Origin: an uncultured archaeon
GTDB lineage: Archaea > Hadarchaeota > Hadarchaeia > Hadarchaeales > Hadarchaeaceae
DNA length: 64,000 nucleotides
Assembly: GCA_937921735.1 (NCBI GenBank)
Contig: CAKZTQ010000004.1
Coordinates: 2,249-66,248, forward strand
Reading direction: 5' to 3'
This document shows positions 52,655 to 62,239 of this stretch, piece by piece (position 1 is the first letter of the stretch; every line of letters starts with the position of its first letter). A program made the position numbers and the translations under genes. A model generated the notes under the pieces. It made no database searches and was not told the origin of the DNA. It saw only the letters and a program-made list of their open reading frames with translations.

Positions 52655-53458
52655 TCACAACGCACGTTTAATAGCACTCCAAAAGCTCGGAGGGTTCGCC
52701 ATCTCCACCACGATGTACTCACCCTCTTTCAGATTGGCGAGCTCCGCCGCCTTTCGAAGGGCACTGTTGTAATTACCGATTTCGTCGATCAAGTTATACC
52801 TCAAAGCTTCCGAGCCGTAAACCGTGGAACCATCCATCAAGTCCTCAAGCTTCACCCTCGGCCTGTTCCTCTTGATCCTATCGACTAATTCCCTCATCAG
52901 GTTATCAACTAACTGCTGTATCCGCTCGTTTTCCTCTGGCGTGGGGGCGCGCCAGGGCGCGAACTCGTCCTTGGCTTCGCCCGAGCGCCAGACGAAATAT
53001 TCGATGCCCTCCTTTTGGAACTTGTTTTCGTAGCTTATCCAAACTGCTATTATCCCAAGGCCAGCGGTTATCGTTTGGTTGCGGGCGAAGATATAGTCGG
53101 ACGCAGAGGCGATGAGATATCCCCCAGATGCCGCATATTGTCCCATCGTCACTACCACAGGTTTCTCGGCCCTGAGTTTGGAGAGCCTTTCCTCGGTTTC
53201 AAAACATGCTTGCACCGTCCCGCCGGGGCTATCTATCACAACGACAACCGCACGAATGCGAGGGTCCTTAAGTGCGTTCTCGATTTGATCCGCATAGCTA
53301 AAGTCGATCACCTCGTCCATGATCCTGATAACGCCGATGCGAGTTGAGTAAGTCGAATATACGTTATAAGAGTAAAAGAGTGAGGCGATAGCAATCAGAG
53401 CCGCGATCAACCAAATATAACGCTTCCGCAGTGTTTTGGATCTTCGTCCTTTGACCAT
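52655..53458 (-). CDS. sppA: Signal peptide peptidase SppA (S49)
   Basis: N-terminal TM; IDSPGG, AASGGYLIA, RSGEAKD, LIDEIG motifs. Start taken at ATG 53458. Confidence 0.88.
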   Translation of the reverse strand: MVKGRRSKTLRKRYIWLIAALIAIASLFYSYNVYSTYSTRIGVIRIMDEVIDFSYADQIENALKDPRIRAVVVVIDSPGGTVQACFETEERLSKLRAEKPVVVTMGQYAASGGYLIASASDYIFARNQTITAGLGIIAVWISYENKFQKEGIEYFVWRSGEAKDEFAPWRAPTPEENERIQQLVDNLMRELVDRIKRNRPRVKLEDLMDGSTVYGSEALRYNLIDEIGNYNSALRKAAELANLKEGEYIVVEMANPPSFWSAIKRAL

Positions 53459-53511
53459 TTGATGCCCAGTAAAAATAATTCGTCCCCAACGTATAAGGGA
53501 TATCCTCGATG

Positions 53512-54792
53512 CTAACCTCCTGATGCCTCGTCCCTTTTCATTCGAACGTAAGCGTCGCACATCTCTTCTCCAAGAGCTTTTTTCACGACATCATCACTTT
53601 CGAGGGCATCCAATGCCTCGTCCAGCGTAGATGGAAGCATCTTTATACCCCTTCGCTTCCTCTCGTCCTCACCCATCCGATACACGTTTTCCAGCACGGG
53701 AGGCCCAGGGTCAAGCCTTCTATCGATGCCGTCGAGCCCAGCCGCCAGCAGGCCAGCGAAGAGCAGGTAAGGGTTGCAGAGGGGGTCCGGCACCCTAAAT
53801 TCCAGCCTCACGCCCTTGCCGCGCCTTAGCTCAAAGCCAGGCACCCTTATCATGACCGATCGATTGGGGCCGCCCCAACAGATGTAAACGGGTGCCTCAA
53901 ACCCGGGCACTAACCTCTTGTAGGATTGAGGCGTGGACGCGGCCAAGGCGGTGAGCGCGGATGCATGATCGAGTATGCCGGCCATGAAGTACCTGGCCAC
54001 TTCAGACATGTGATATTCGCCTTTTGGGTCGTAGAAGAGGTTTTCTCCAGTTGTGGGATTAGACAGGCTCAAGTGGCAGTGGAGCCCGTTCCCCATGCCC
54101 TTCGGCACCGGTTTTGGCCCATAGTCGACCTTCAAGCCCCATTCCTCCGCGACCGCCTCGAGCACCTGCCTACAGGTCACAATGTTGTCGGCGGTAGTGA
54201 GCGCATCCGCGAACTTAAAGTCTACCTCGTTTTGTCCTGGGTTCACTTCGTGGTGTATCTTCTCCACGATAAATCCAAGTTCCATCAGCGCGATCGTTAG
54301 GTCCATCCTCAGCTTCTCGCCCTTATCGCGGGGCGGGTAGTCGAAGTACCTGCCATCGTCGAATAGCTCCAGCTTGTCGTCGTTCCTTCTGAAGAGGTAA
54401 AACTCGAACTCGGAACCGACCATGAATTCGTAGCCCTGCCTTCTCGCGGCGGCGGTTTCCCTGTCGAGCACGAAACGAGGGTCGCAAGGATGGGGGGCGC
54501 CGTCCGGGTAGCAAACGTTGCAAAACATCTTGGCCACGGCTTTCCCCTTGTGTTTCCACGGCAGCACCTTGAAGGTCCTGAAGTCGGGCAGGAGCACGAA
54601 ATCACTCCTCTCTATCTTGGCGTAGTTAGGCACGCTTGAGCCATCGAAACCGATTCCCTCCTCCAACACTTCGCCGAGCAGGCTTGCGTGGACGGTCACC
54701 CTCTTGGGCTCGCCTCGCATGTCCACGAACTCAAGCCAAACGAACTCGACCTTTTTAGCCTCCGAAATTATTTGTTCTGAGACTTTTCGCAT
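53512..54792 (-). CDS. glnA: Glutamine synthetase type I
   Basis: FDGSS, GSEFEFYLF, HHEV..GQNE, GNGLHCHLS, RLVPGFEAP, NRS.MIRVP, RLEFR.PD...NPYL motifs. Confidence 0.93.
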   Translation of the reverse strand: MRKVSEQIISEAKKVEFVWLEFVDMRGEPKRVTVHASLLGEVLEEGIGFDGSSVPNYAKIERSDFVLLPDFRTFKVLPWKHKGKAVAKMFCNVCYPDGAPHPCDPRFVLDRETAAARRQGYEFMVGSEFEFYLFRRNDDKLELFDDGRYFDYPPRDKGEKLRMDLTIALMELGFIVEKIHHEVNPGQNEVDFKFADALTTADNIVTCRQVLEAVAEEWGLKVDYGPKPVPKGMGNGLHCHLSLSNPTTGENLFYDPKGEYHMSEVARYFMAGILDHASALTALAASTPQSYKRLVPGFEAPVYICWGGPNRSVMIRVPGFELRRGKGVRLEFRVPDPLCNPYLLFAGLLAAGLDGIDRRLDPGPPVLENVYRMGEDERKRRGIKMLPSTLDEALDALESDDVVKKALGEEMCDAYVRMKRDEASGG

Positions 54793-54894
54793 ATGTTCAC
54801 GCTATTACCCCTGTAGATAAGTATTTATATATAAAACTTCCTATTTTTTGTTGAAATGTTTAGGAACATAGGGGGGAAAGTGAGGTGATTTGCG

Positions 54895-55356
54895 ATGGGA
54901 TCGGGGACTTCAAATGTCGACGAGATGGACTTGAAGATAATAGAGATGCTAGAGGCCGATGCTAGGGTCTCCTTCCGGGAGATCTCCAAAAGGCTCGGAA
55001 TATCGGAGGGCACCGTCTACAATCGGGTGAAGCGCTTGCAGGACGAAGGGATCATAAAGGGATATTCGGCCAAGGTGGACCCGACGAAGCTGGGTATGGA
55101 CCTTACCGCAGTGATTGGGCTGAGGGTTGCCGGCGGACATCTTGTCGAGGTTGAGGAGGAGGTCTCAAAGATGAAGGGGGTCTGCTGCGTTTATGATGTC
55201 ACCGGAGGCTATGATGCCATAGTAATCGCTAGGTTCAGGAGCAGAGCGGACCTCAATAGTTTCATAAAGGGCATCCTATCAAATCCCCACGTCGAACGGA
55301 GCGTCACGCACGTGGTTCTAAATACAATAAAAGAGGATTTCACCGTTCTTAGATAG
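54895..55356 (+). CDS. Lrp/AsnC family transcriptional regulator
   Basis: DARVSFREISKRLGISEGTVYNRVKRL HTH; YDVTGGYD RAM domain. Confidence 0.95.
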   Translation: MGSGTSNVDEMDLKIIEMLEADARVSFREISKRLGISEGTVYNRVKRLQDEGIIKGYSAKVDPTKLGMDLTAVIGLRVAGGHLVEVEEEVSKMKGVCCVYDVTGGYDAIVIARFRSRADLNSFIKGILSNPHVERSVTHVVLNTIKEDFTVLR

Positions 55357-55428
55357 CTTAAGATACCGCAGTTAAAAACATCTAAAAAACTTTAAAAATC
55401 TGATGCTCAATTTAAGCGGTGTAATTGC

Positions 55429-56670
55429 ATGGAGAAATTGAATCCTTTCGATACTATACTGAAGCAAATCGATATGGCCGCAGAAAAACTGAAGCTAGAT
55501 CCGTCCATCGTAGAGAGGCTTAAACACCCAAGAAAGATAATCATAGTTTCAATCCCGATCAGGATGGATGATGGTAGAGTCAAGGTCTTCACCGGTTATC
55601 GGGTACAGTACGATATGACGAGGGGGCCTTGCAAAGGTGGGATAAGATATCATCCCGACGTAAATTTGGACGAAATAAAAGCGCTCGCGGCGTGGATGTC
55701 TTGGAAGTGCGCGGTGATGGACATTCCGTACGGCGGCGCGAAAGGAGGAGTCGCCTGCAATCCGAAGGAGATGTCCAGGGGCGAGCTTGAGCGTCTGACG
55801 AGAGCATATACTGCAATGATTATTGACGAAATCGGGCCCTACAAAGATATCCCAGCGCCAGACGTTTACACGGATTCCCAGGCGATGGCTTGGATAATGG
55901 ATACGTACAGCCAATTTAAGGGTTACCCCGTTCCGGAGGTGGTTACCGGTAAACCCATCGAGCTCGGCGGTTCTGAGGGCAGGGAGGAGGCAACGGGCAG
56001 GGGTGTCGCCATTTGCGCGAGGGAGGCAGCTAAGCACGTTGGGATAGAGCTGAGGGGGGCAAGGGTAGTCGTACAGGGTTTTGGCAACGTAGGTAAATTT
56101 GCGGCAAAGCTATTACAGGGGATGGGATGCAGGATCATTGCCCTCAGTGATTCAAGGGGAGGTATTTACAAAGAGAGCGGTTTAGACACGCTTGCGGCCA
56201 TTGAATACAAGAACAGGACCGGCCGGCTGTCCGGTTTTCAGGGATGTGAAGAAATCACGAATGAGGAGCTGCTGGAACTTGAATGTGAGATTTTGGTGCC
56301 CGCCGCGCTTGAGAATCAGATAACAGAGACCAATGCTGACAAAATAAAAGCGAAAATTGTTGTGGAGGGAGCAAATGGTCCAGTATCGTTCGGCGCCCGT
56401 AAAATTCTACATCAGCGTGGAATTTTCGTAGTGCCGGACATCCTAGCAAACGCAGGCGGCGTCACCGTTAGCTATTTCGAATGGATTCAAAACTTACGCC
56501 GGGAGCATTGGACCGAGAAAGAAGTGAACCAAAGGCTTGAGGAAAAAATGGTTAAAGCTTTTAACGATGTGCTGGCGCTAGCAAAACAATACAATGTGAG
56601 CATGGCGGATGCCGCCTGCTTGCTTGCCATACGTCGAATAGCCGACGCCATGAAAAAATTGAGTTTATAA
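55429..56670 (+). CDS. gdhA: Glutamate dehydrogenase
   Basis: GPCKGGIRYHP, GGAKGG, DIPAPD, VTGKP, VQGFGNVG, EGANGP, NAGGVTVSYFEW motifs. Confidence 0.97.
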   Translation: MEKLNPFDTILKQIDMAAEKLKLDPSIVERLKHPRKIIIVSIPIRMDDGRVKVFTGYRVQYDMTRGPCKGGIRYHPDVNLDEIKALAAWMSWKCAVMDIPYGGAKGGVACNPKEMSRGELERLTRAYTAMIIDEIGPYKDIPAPDVYTDSQAMAWIMDTYSQFKGYPVPEVVTGKPIELGGSEGREEATGRGVAICAREAAKHVGIELRGARVVVQGFGNVGKFAAKLLQGMGCRIIALSDSRGGIYKESGLDTLAAIEYKNRTGRLSGFQGCEEITNEELLELECEILVPAALENQITETNADKIKAKIVVEGANGPVSFGARKILHQRGIFVVPDILANAGGVTVSYFEWIQNLRREHWTEKEVNQRLEEKMVKAFNDVLALAKQYNVSMADAACLLAIRRIADAMKKLSL

Positions 56671-56686
56671 CTACACCGTCAAGCAA

Positions 56687-57295
56687 CTAGCGCTTGCACA
56701 TTCGCAAGAAGTACTCATGTGCCCTTGTATCCTGGGTTAGCTCGGGATGGAAGGCCAAAGCGAGCATATTGCGTTGTTTCACGGCTACGATTTTTCCCGC
56801 ATATTTTGCCATCACTTCCGCGTCACCCCAGATCCTTTCAACGATCGGCGCGCGGATGAACACGCAGTGAAATGGGGCCTCGCCGAACCCCGGAATTTCC
56901 AAGTCGACTTCGAAGGATTCCCGTTGTCGCCCAAATGCATTGCGGATTATCTTCATGTCCATCAGGCCAAGTAGGGGCTGCCCCACACGCATCGTACGTT
57001 CGTCGCCTTCCTTGGCTAGTAGGATCATTCCCGCACAAGTACCGAGAATCGGCAATCCGTCTGTTGCCCTCGTTCTGATTTCCTCGAACAACCCCGATGT
57101 CACTAAAAGCTTACCTATCGTTGTGCTCTCGCCGCCCGGGATGATGATGCCATCGAGTTCTTCGATTCCTTTGGGTCTGTTGACCCAGCGGACCTCTCCC
57201 TGTATACCTAATTTCCTCATCGCCTGCTGGGTGGCCCCTATGTGCTCCTCAACTGCTCCTTGGAGCCCAATCACACCTATTTTCACTCGTACCAC
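56687..57295 (-). CDS. pdxT: PLP synthase glutaminase subunit
   Basis: GLQGAV.EH, PGGEST, GTCAG, RNAFGRQ.ESF, FHPEL motifs. Confidence 0.97.
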   Translation of the reverse strand: MVRVKIGVIGLQGAVEEHIGATQQAMRKLGIQGEVRWVNRPKGIEELDGIIIPGGESTTIGKLLVTSGLFEEIRTRATDGLPILGTCAGMILLAKEGDERTMRVGQPLLGLMDMKIIRNAFGRQRESFEVDLEIPGFGEAPFHCVFIRAPIVERIWGDAEVMAKYAGKIVAVKQRNMLALAFHPELTQDTRAHEYFLRMCKR

Positions 57296-57318
57296 GCCCC
57301 ACCAAGAAGGATGTAGGG

Positions 57319-58206
57319 CTAGACGCCCCTCTCCTGTAGCTTTTCCTCCGCCCTGAGCGTCCTTATGTCGATCCCGCGCATGGGTTCAGGCAAATCTCTG
57401 CTGACCTCAAGCAAAACTTGCGGATCGTCGTAGTGGCGGGTTGCCTCTACTATCGCCCTCGCCATCCTCGCCGGATCGCTGGACTTGAATATTCCAGAGC
57501 CAACGAAGATGCCATCGACTCCTAACTGCATCACCAGCGCCGCATCCGCAGGAGTGGCAATGCCGCCGGCGCAGAACCAGACGACAGGCAGGCGCTGAAG
57601 TCTCGCGACCTCCTCGACAAGCTCGAGGGGTACACGATACTCTCGCGCCTTCTCCTCGAGCTTTTCGGGCGAGGCTTCGGCTAGCTCAGCGATCTGCCTC
57701 TTTGTCAGCCTTATATGCCGAACTGCCTCTACGACGTTTCCAGTACCGGCTTCGCCCTTCGTTCGGATCATCGCTGCCCCCTCGTTTATCCTCCGCAGGG
57801 CTTCGCCTAGGTCGCGGGAGCCGCAGACGAATGGCACCTTGAACTTGCGTTTGTCGATGTGGAACTCCTCGTCCGCAGGCGTTAGGACCTCGCTTTCGTC
57901 TATCATGTCAACGCCAAGCGCCTCGAGGATTTGGGCCTCTGCGAAATGTCCAATTCGGCACTTAGCCATCACCGGGATGGTAACGGCATTCATGATCGCC
58001 TCGATTATCGCGGGATCGGCCATCCTAGCTACTCCCCCGGCCGCGCGTATGTCCGCTGGCACCGCTTGCAGCGCCATGACAGCTACGGCACCCGCCTCTT
58101 CCGCTATTATCGCTTGCTCCGGCGTGGTCACGTCCATGATCACGCCGCCCTTCTGCATCTTGGCAAACCCGCGCTTCAGCCGCTCCGAGCCGAAGATTAT
58201 CTCCAT
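57319..58206 (-). CDS. pdxS: PLP synthase lyase subunit
   Basis: [40 protein letters not shown] motifs. Confidence 0.98.
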   Translation of the reverse strand: MEIIFGSERLKRGFAKMQKGGVIMDVTTPEQAIIAEEAGAVAVMALQAVPADIRAAGGVARMADPAIIEAIMNAVTIPVMAKCRIGHFAEAQILEALGVDMIDESEVLTPADEEFHIDKRKFKVPFVCGSRDLGEALRRINEGAAMIRTKGEAGTGNVVEAVRHIRLTKRQIAELAEASPEKLEEKAREYRVPLELVEEVARLQRLPVVWFCAGGIATPADAALVMQLGVDGIFVGSGIFKSSDPARMARAIVEATRHYDDPQVLLEVSRDLPEPMRGIDIRTLRAEEKLQERGV

Positions 58207-58264
58207 GCCATCGCCCCTAAGTCAACAATAATAGTATTTTCTTAAAGATTAAAAGATAATTGGT

Positions 58265-59407
58265 GTGCGCTTGTTAAGCTTTACCAAGGCTAAAGCTGTT
58301 GGATGCGAGGTCTGCGGCAGAGTGGGGACCGATGTTTCGGCTGTACTACGGGTATGTGCGGATTGCATACGAGAGAGGTTCGATGAAGCCAAGCCATACA
58401 TCGAGTCAGCCCACTCGAAGGTGAGAAGCCGCTACGGCCTGCCAGCGAGGGCCCCTAAGGATCCCGATGGCGTCAGGTGCGGCGATTGCGGCAACGACTG
58501 TAGGATCCCGGAGGGAGGGAAAGGTTTTTGTGGCATCGTCGAGAACGTGGGCGGCAAGTTGGTCCGCAAGTTTGGTACCCCCGAGCGAGGCCTGCTGAGT
58601 TGGTACTATGACCCCTTACCGACGAACTGCGTTCCGGCCGAGTTCTGCGCGGGCTCCGGGGGCGCGGGTTACCCCAAGTGGTGTCGCACGCCGAGGGGAG
58701 ATTTGGGGTACTATAATCTTTCCGTGTTCTTGGGGAGCTGTACGTACAGTTGCCTCTTCTGCCAAAACTACAGCTTTCGGGAGCTGACGTTGAGCGGAAA
58801 GCCGGTGATAAGTGCCCCCGAAGTGGCCGAAAAAGTGGACGAGAGCGTCAGTTGCATCTGTTACTTTGGAGGAGATCCATCAAGCCAAATGCCATTTGTG
58901 ATCGAATCCGCAAGGCTCGCCAGAAGGGCAGCAGTAAGGGATGGTCGCATCCTGAGGGTTTGCCTCGAGACGAACCTGAGCATGAAGTTGGAAAGTCTTA
59001 GGGAATTCGCGGAGCTCTCTTTGGAAAGCGGGGGAGGTATAAAAGCCGACCTTAAGTGTTGGTCATCCGAGATACTCTACGCGCTCTCCGGCGTGGAGCA
59101 TCGCACGGCCTTCGAGAACTTTAAGTGGTTGGCCAAACAGCACCGCAGGAGGCCAGAGGTGCCGTTCGCGAGGGCGAGCACCCTGCTCGTGCCGGGTTAC
59201 GTCGATGATGAGGAGATCAGGGGCATCGCATCGTTCATCGCCGACCTCGATCCTTCGATACCCTATTCGCTTCTGGCGTTTCATCCACTGTACTTTATGG
59301 ATGACATGCCCTATACTAAGCGTGAGGACGCGGAAAGGTTTTTGCGCATCTGTAAGGAAGAGGGCTTAGAAAAAGTCAGAATAGGTAATCCTTGGCTTCT
59401 CAGTTAA
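58265..59407 (+). CDS. Radical SAM protein (PflA/COG1180-like, with N-terminal Cys-rich domain)
   Basis: CTYSCLFCQN CxxxCxxC motif, YFGGDP, TLLVPGY motifs; extra CxxC motifs at the N-terminus. Confidence 0.9.
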   Translation: MRLLSFTKAKAVGCEVCGRVGTDVSAVLRVCADCIRERFDEAKPYIESAHSKVRSRYGLPARAPKDPDGVRCGDCGNDCRIPEGGKGFCGIVENVGGKLVRKFGTPERGLLSWYYDPLPTNCVPAEFCAGSGGAGYPKWCRTPRGDLGYYNLSVFLGSCTYSCLFCQNYSFRELTLSGKPVISAPEVAEKVDESVSCICYFGGDPSSQMPFVIESARLARRAAVRDGRILRVCLETNLSMKLESLREFAELSLESGGGIKADLKCWSSEILYALSGVEHRTAFENFKWLAKQHRRRPEVPFARASTLLVPGYVDDEEIRGIASFIADLDPSIPYSLLAFHPLYFMDDMPYTKREDAERFLRICKEEGLEKVRIGNPWLLS

Positions 59408-59447
59408 GGGTCTTATAAAAGTTTGACTAAGTTAGGTTGGTGTCGGC

Positions 59448-60596
59448 ATGGTAATATACATCGCTGAGTGCGTTCTGGGCGTCTTCGCATATGATGAAGA
59501 GGGCAAGCTAGTGGGCTCAAGGCAGTTTCCGAGGGACATCGCGAAAATCGCCGGTAGGTTGGCCGGCGTTCAGATGGGTATGCCAACCGAGGAACATAGG
59601 GAACTGATCTCGGAGCTAATAGATGGAGGTCATCGTGAGTTTTGTGTGGAATCATCGGAGCTGGCCGCACAGCTACGCAAGGAGTTCAAGCGCGTCGAGT
59701 TCGAGGTACAGATGCCAAACAAGGCCGGCGCCACACTGCGAACCTCCCTACGTAAATTGGCGAGAAAATTTGGGGTTGAGGATGTCGAGAAACTTATCCG
59801 GGATGTGAACCTTTTGTTGACGCGCGATCGTCTGCGTAAAGAGGCGGCCGAGCGTGACAAATTGATAATCCAAGCTATAGACATGCTGGATGAGCTAGAT
59901 AAAACGGCAAATATCATCTGCGGGCGGATTCGCGAGTGGTATTCCCTCCACTTCCCAGAGCTTAATAAACTCGTGCCCGAACACAGGACCTACCTCGAAC
60001 TCATCCTGAAGCTCGGCGCGAGGGAGAACTTCACGGCCCAAGCGATAAGGGAGGCGAGCGAGATTCCCGATGATGAGGCGGAGCGGATCGCGCAAGCGGC
60101 TATGAACTCGTTGGGCGCTCCCTTCGATGAGCTCGACATGCAAGCGATACGTGACTGCGCAAAGGAAGTTTTCTCGATATATGAGATTCGAGAACGCATC
60201 GCCGAGTATATAGACGGACTGATGGCTCAAGTGGCGCCGAATATCAGGGCCGTCGTTGGAAGTTCGATAGGGGCCCGCCTCATTTCTCTGGCCGGTGGGC
60301 TCAACGAGCTGGCTCGGATGCCGTCTAGCACTTTGCAGGTGTTGGGCGCCGAGAAAGCCCTGTTCAGGGCGCTTCGAACGAAGGGGAAGCCACCTAAGCA
60401 CGGTGTTATCTATCAATACCCCGACGTCCGCGGGGTGCCCAGGTGGCAGAGGGGTAAGATCGCTCGTGCGCTTGCCGGAAAGCTCGCCATAGCCGCCCGC
60501 GTGGATGCCATGTCGGGCGAGTTCATCGGCGATAAACTCTCGGCCGATCTGAGGGCTCGCATCGCCGACATAAAGGCCAAATACGAAAGGCCATGA
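59448..60596 (+). CDS. nop5: Box C/D RNP protein Nop5 (aNop56/58)
   Basis: REWYSLHFPEL, QVLGAEKALF, PPKHGVI, GKIARALAGK motifs. Confidence 0.97.
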   Translation: MVIYIAECVLGVFAYDEEGKLVGSRQFPRDIAKIAGRLAGVQMGMPTEEHRELISELIDGGHREFCVESSELAAQLRKEFKRVEFEVQMPNKAGATLRTSLRKLARKFGVEDVEKLIRDVNLLLTRDRLRKEAAERDKLIIQAIDMLDELDKTANIICGRIREWYSLHFPELNKLVPEHRTYLELILKLGARENFTAQAIREASEIPDDEAERIAQAAMNSLGAPFDELDMQAIRDCAKEVFSIYEIRERIAEYIDGLMAQVAPNIRAVVGSSIGARLISLAGGLNELARMPSSTLQVLGAEKALFRALRTKGKPPKHGVIYQYPDVRGVPRWQRGKIARALAGKLAIAARVDAMSGEFIGDKLSADLRARIADIKAKYERP

Positions 60597-60606
60597 GGTG
60601 CTTGAA

Positions 60607-61287
60607 ATGAGGGTAATCCCACATGAAAAGTTCCCAAGCGTTTATTGGATTGAGCTCGATGACGAAACGCGCAAGCTAGCCACGAAGAACTTGGTTCCAG
60701 GAACTCAAGTTTACGGAGAAAAGCTCGTCAGGTTCAAAGATGTAGAGTATCGAACCTGGGACCCTTACAGGAGCAAGTTGGCCGCGGCGATTCTAAAGGA
60801 CATCAAGGATTTGCCGATAGTTGAAGGTGCCAAGGTGCTGTATCTGGGGGCTGCCAGTGGCACGACGGCTAGTCATGTTTCGGATCTGGTGGGAGCCGGA
60901 GGATCAGTTTACTGCGTTGAGATCTCCTCCAGGCCGCTACGCGATCTTCTCCTCGTGTGCAACAAGCGGGCAAATATGATACCCTTGCTGACGGATGCTG
61001 CCAGAGTAGAAAGTTACTGCTCGTTAGTTGAGCAGGTAGATGTAATTTATCAAGACATCGCACAACCCGAGCAGACGGATATCCTACTGGCGAACGTGAG
61101 AGCATTTTTGCGGGACGGGGGTCATGCTATACTTGCACTGAAGGCGAGGAGCATAGACGTCACCAAAAAGCCTATCGATATTTTCCGCGACGAGATGGAA
61201 AAACTCGAACAGGAACTTAAGGTGGTCGACGTTAAGATCCTTGAGCCATACGATAAAGACCATGCGATGTTTCTCCTACGCTTATAA
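60607..61287 (+). CDS. flpA: Fibrillarin-like rRNA/tRNA 2'-O-methyltransferase
   Basis: VYGE, WDPYRSKLAA, VLYLGAASGTTASHVSD, YQDIAQP, EPYDKDH motifs. Confidence 0.97.
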   Translation: MRVIPHEKFPSVYWIELDDETRKLATKNLVPGTQVYGEKLVRFKDVEYRTWDPYRSKLAAAILKDIKDLPIVEGAKVLYLGAASGTTASHVSDLVGAGGSVYCVEISSRPLRDLLLVCNKRANMIPLLTDAARVESYCSLVEQVDVIYQDIAQPEQTDILLANVRAFLRDGGHAILALKARSIDVTKKPIDIFRDEMEKLEQELKVVDVKILEPYDKDHAMFLLRL

Positions 61288-61303
61288 TCTCGGGCCTGTT
61301 TAA

Positions 61304-62197
61304 TTAACGGGTGATGACCTCACATCCCTGTTCGGTTACTATCACAGTGTGTTCGGCCTGTGCCACTTTCCCTCCTGCGCGCTCCTTTAACACATGATAT
61401 GGATAAAGGGCACCAGCGTTGATGAGCTCACGCAGGGTCAACTCCAACCTTAGCTTGGACATGCCCTTTGCAAGCCATCTTTCCGCGAATGGTAAGCTAT
61501 CGTAATTACGTTTGATATCGAACAGCATCTTCCTCGCCATCCGCGTGCGAACCGGCCGATCCCCGACGTATCTAAAGATAAATGCCTGTGGAGCATCTTC
61601 AACGTAACCAGCACCGTTCGTTATGAAGGGTTCGAGCGCTAGGATATCGCCGACCTCTAGCCTTTCCCCCGTTGCGCCCCTTACGTTGGGTATCGTCAAC
61701 CCGGCGTGCAGCGTCCAACGCGAGAGGGCATGTCCGGTTAAATTCCTGATCGGCTTGAAGCCAGCCGCTAGAGCCGTGGCTTCGACGGCTTCGCCGATAT
61801 CGCCGACATCGATGCCGGGCTTGATCACCTTAATGGCCTCCTCCAGCGCGCGTTCCACCGCCTGCACCATCTCGAGGTCATCGCCCGTAGCGACCGTTAC
61901 GGCCGTGTCCGCGATGTATCCATCGATCTGAGCACCTATGTCGACCTTCACCAAGTCCCCTTCCTTCACGCGCGATTCGTCTGTAGCGGGTGGGCTATAA
62001 TGGGCCGCAACCTCATTAACTGACACGTTGCACGGAAATGCTGGCCTAGCCCCCTTCTGCCTTATCAGGTCCTCGACGGTCTCGGCAATCGTGATCAACA
62101 TCTCTCCCGGCTTCACGATTTTGCGCACTTCCTCACGAACCTCCGCGACGAGTTTGCCCGCACGGCGATAAATCTCCAGTTCAACGTCGGAAAGCAT
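61304..62197 (-). CDS. map: Methionine aminopeptidase type II
   Basis: AFPCN..VNEVAAHY, DIGAQIDGYIADTA, LTGH, ALEPF, AQAEHT motifs. Confidence 0.97.
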   Translation of the reverse strand: MLSDVELEIYRRAGKLVAEVREEVRKIVKPGEMLITIAETVEDLIRQKGARPAFPCNVSVNEVAAHYSPPATDESRVKEGDLVKVDIGAQIDGYIADTAVTVATGDDLEMVQAVERALEEAIKVIKPGIDVGDIGEAVEATALAAGFKPIRNLTGHALSRWTLHAGLTIPNVRGATGERLEVGDILALEPFITNGAGYVEDAPQAFIFRYVGDRPVRTRMARKMLFDIKRNYDSLPFAERWLAKGMSKLRLELTLRELINAGALYPYHVLKERAGGKVAQAEHTVIVTEQGCEVITR

Positions 62198-62239
62198 TAT
62201 ATTCCCGGTGAAAGTTGTTTCATCGATTTGGATTTAAGT

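Noticed and set aside
53400-53514. Pyrrolysine-type read-through of the glnA TAG
   Set aside because: The read-through peptide (HRGYPLYVGDELF...) does not resemble a GS C-terminus, runs into sppA, and no pyl genes are seen.
54838-54869. TTCCTA-N17-TAGGAA and ATGTT-N4-AACAT inverted repeats upstream of the second Lrp
   Set aside because: Short arms in AT-rich DNA that do not match a known operator; not distinguishable from chance.
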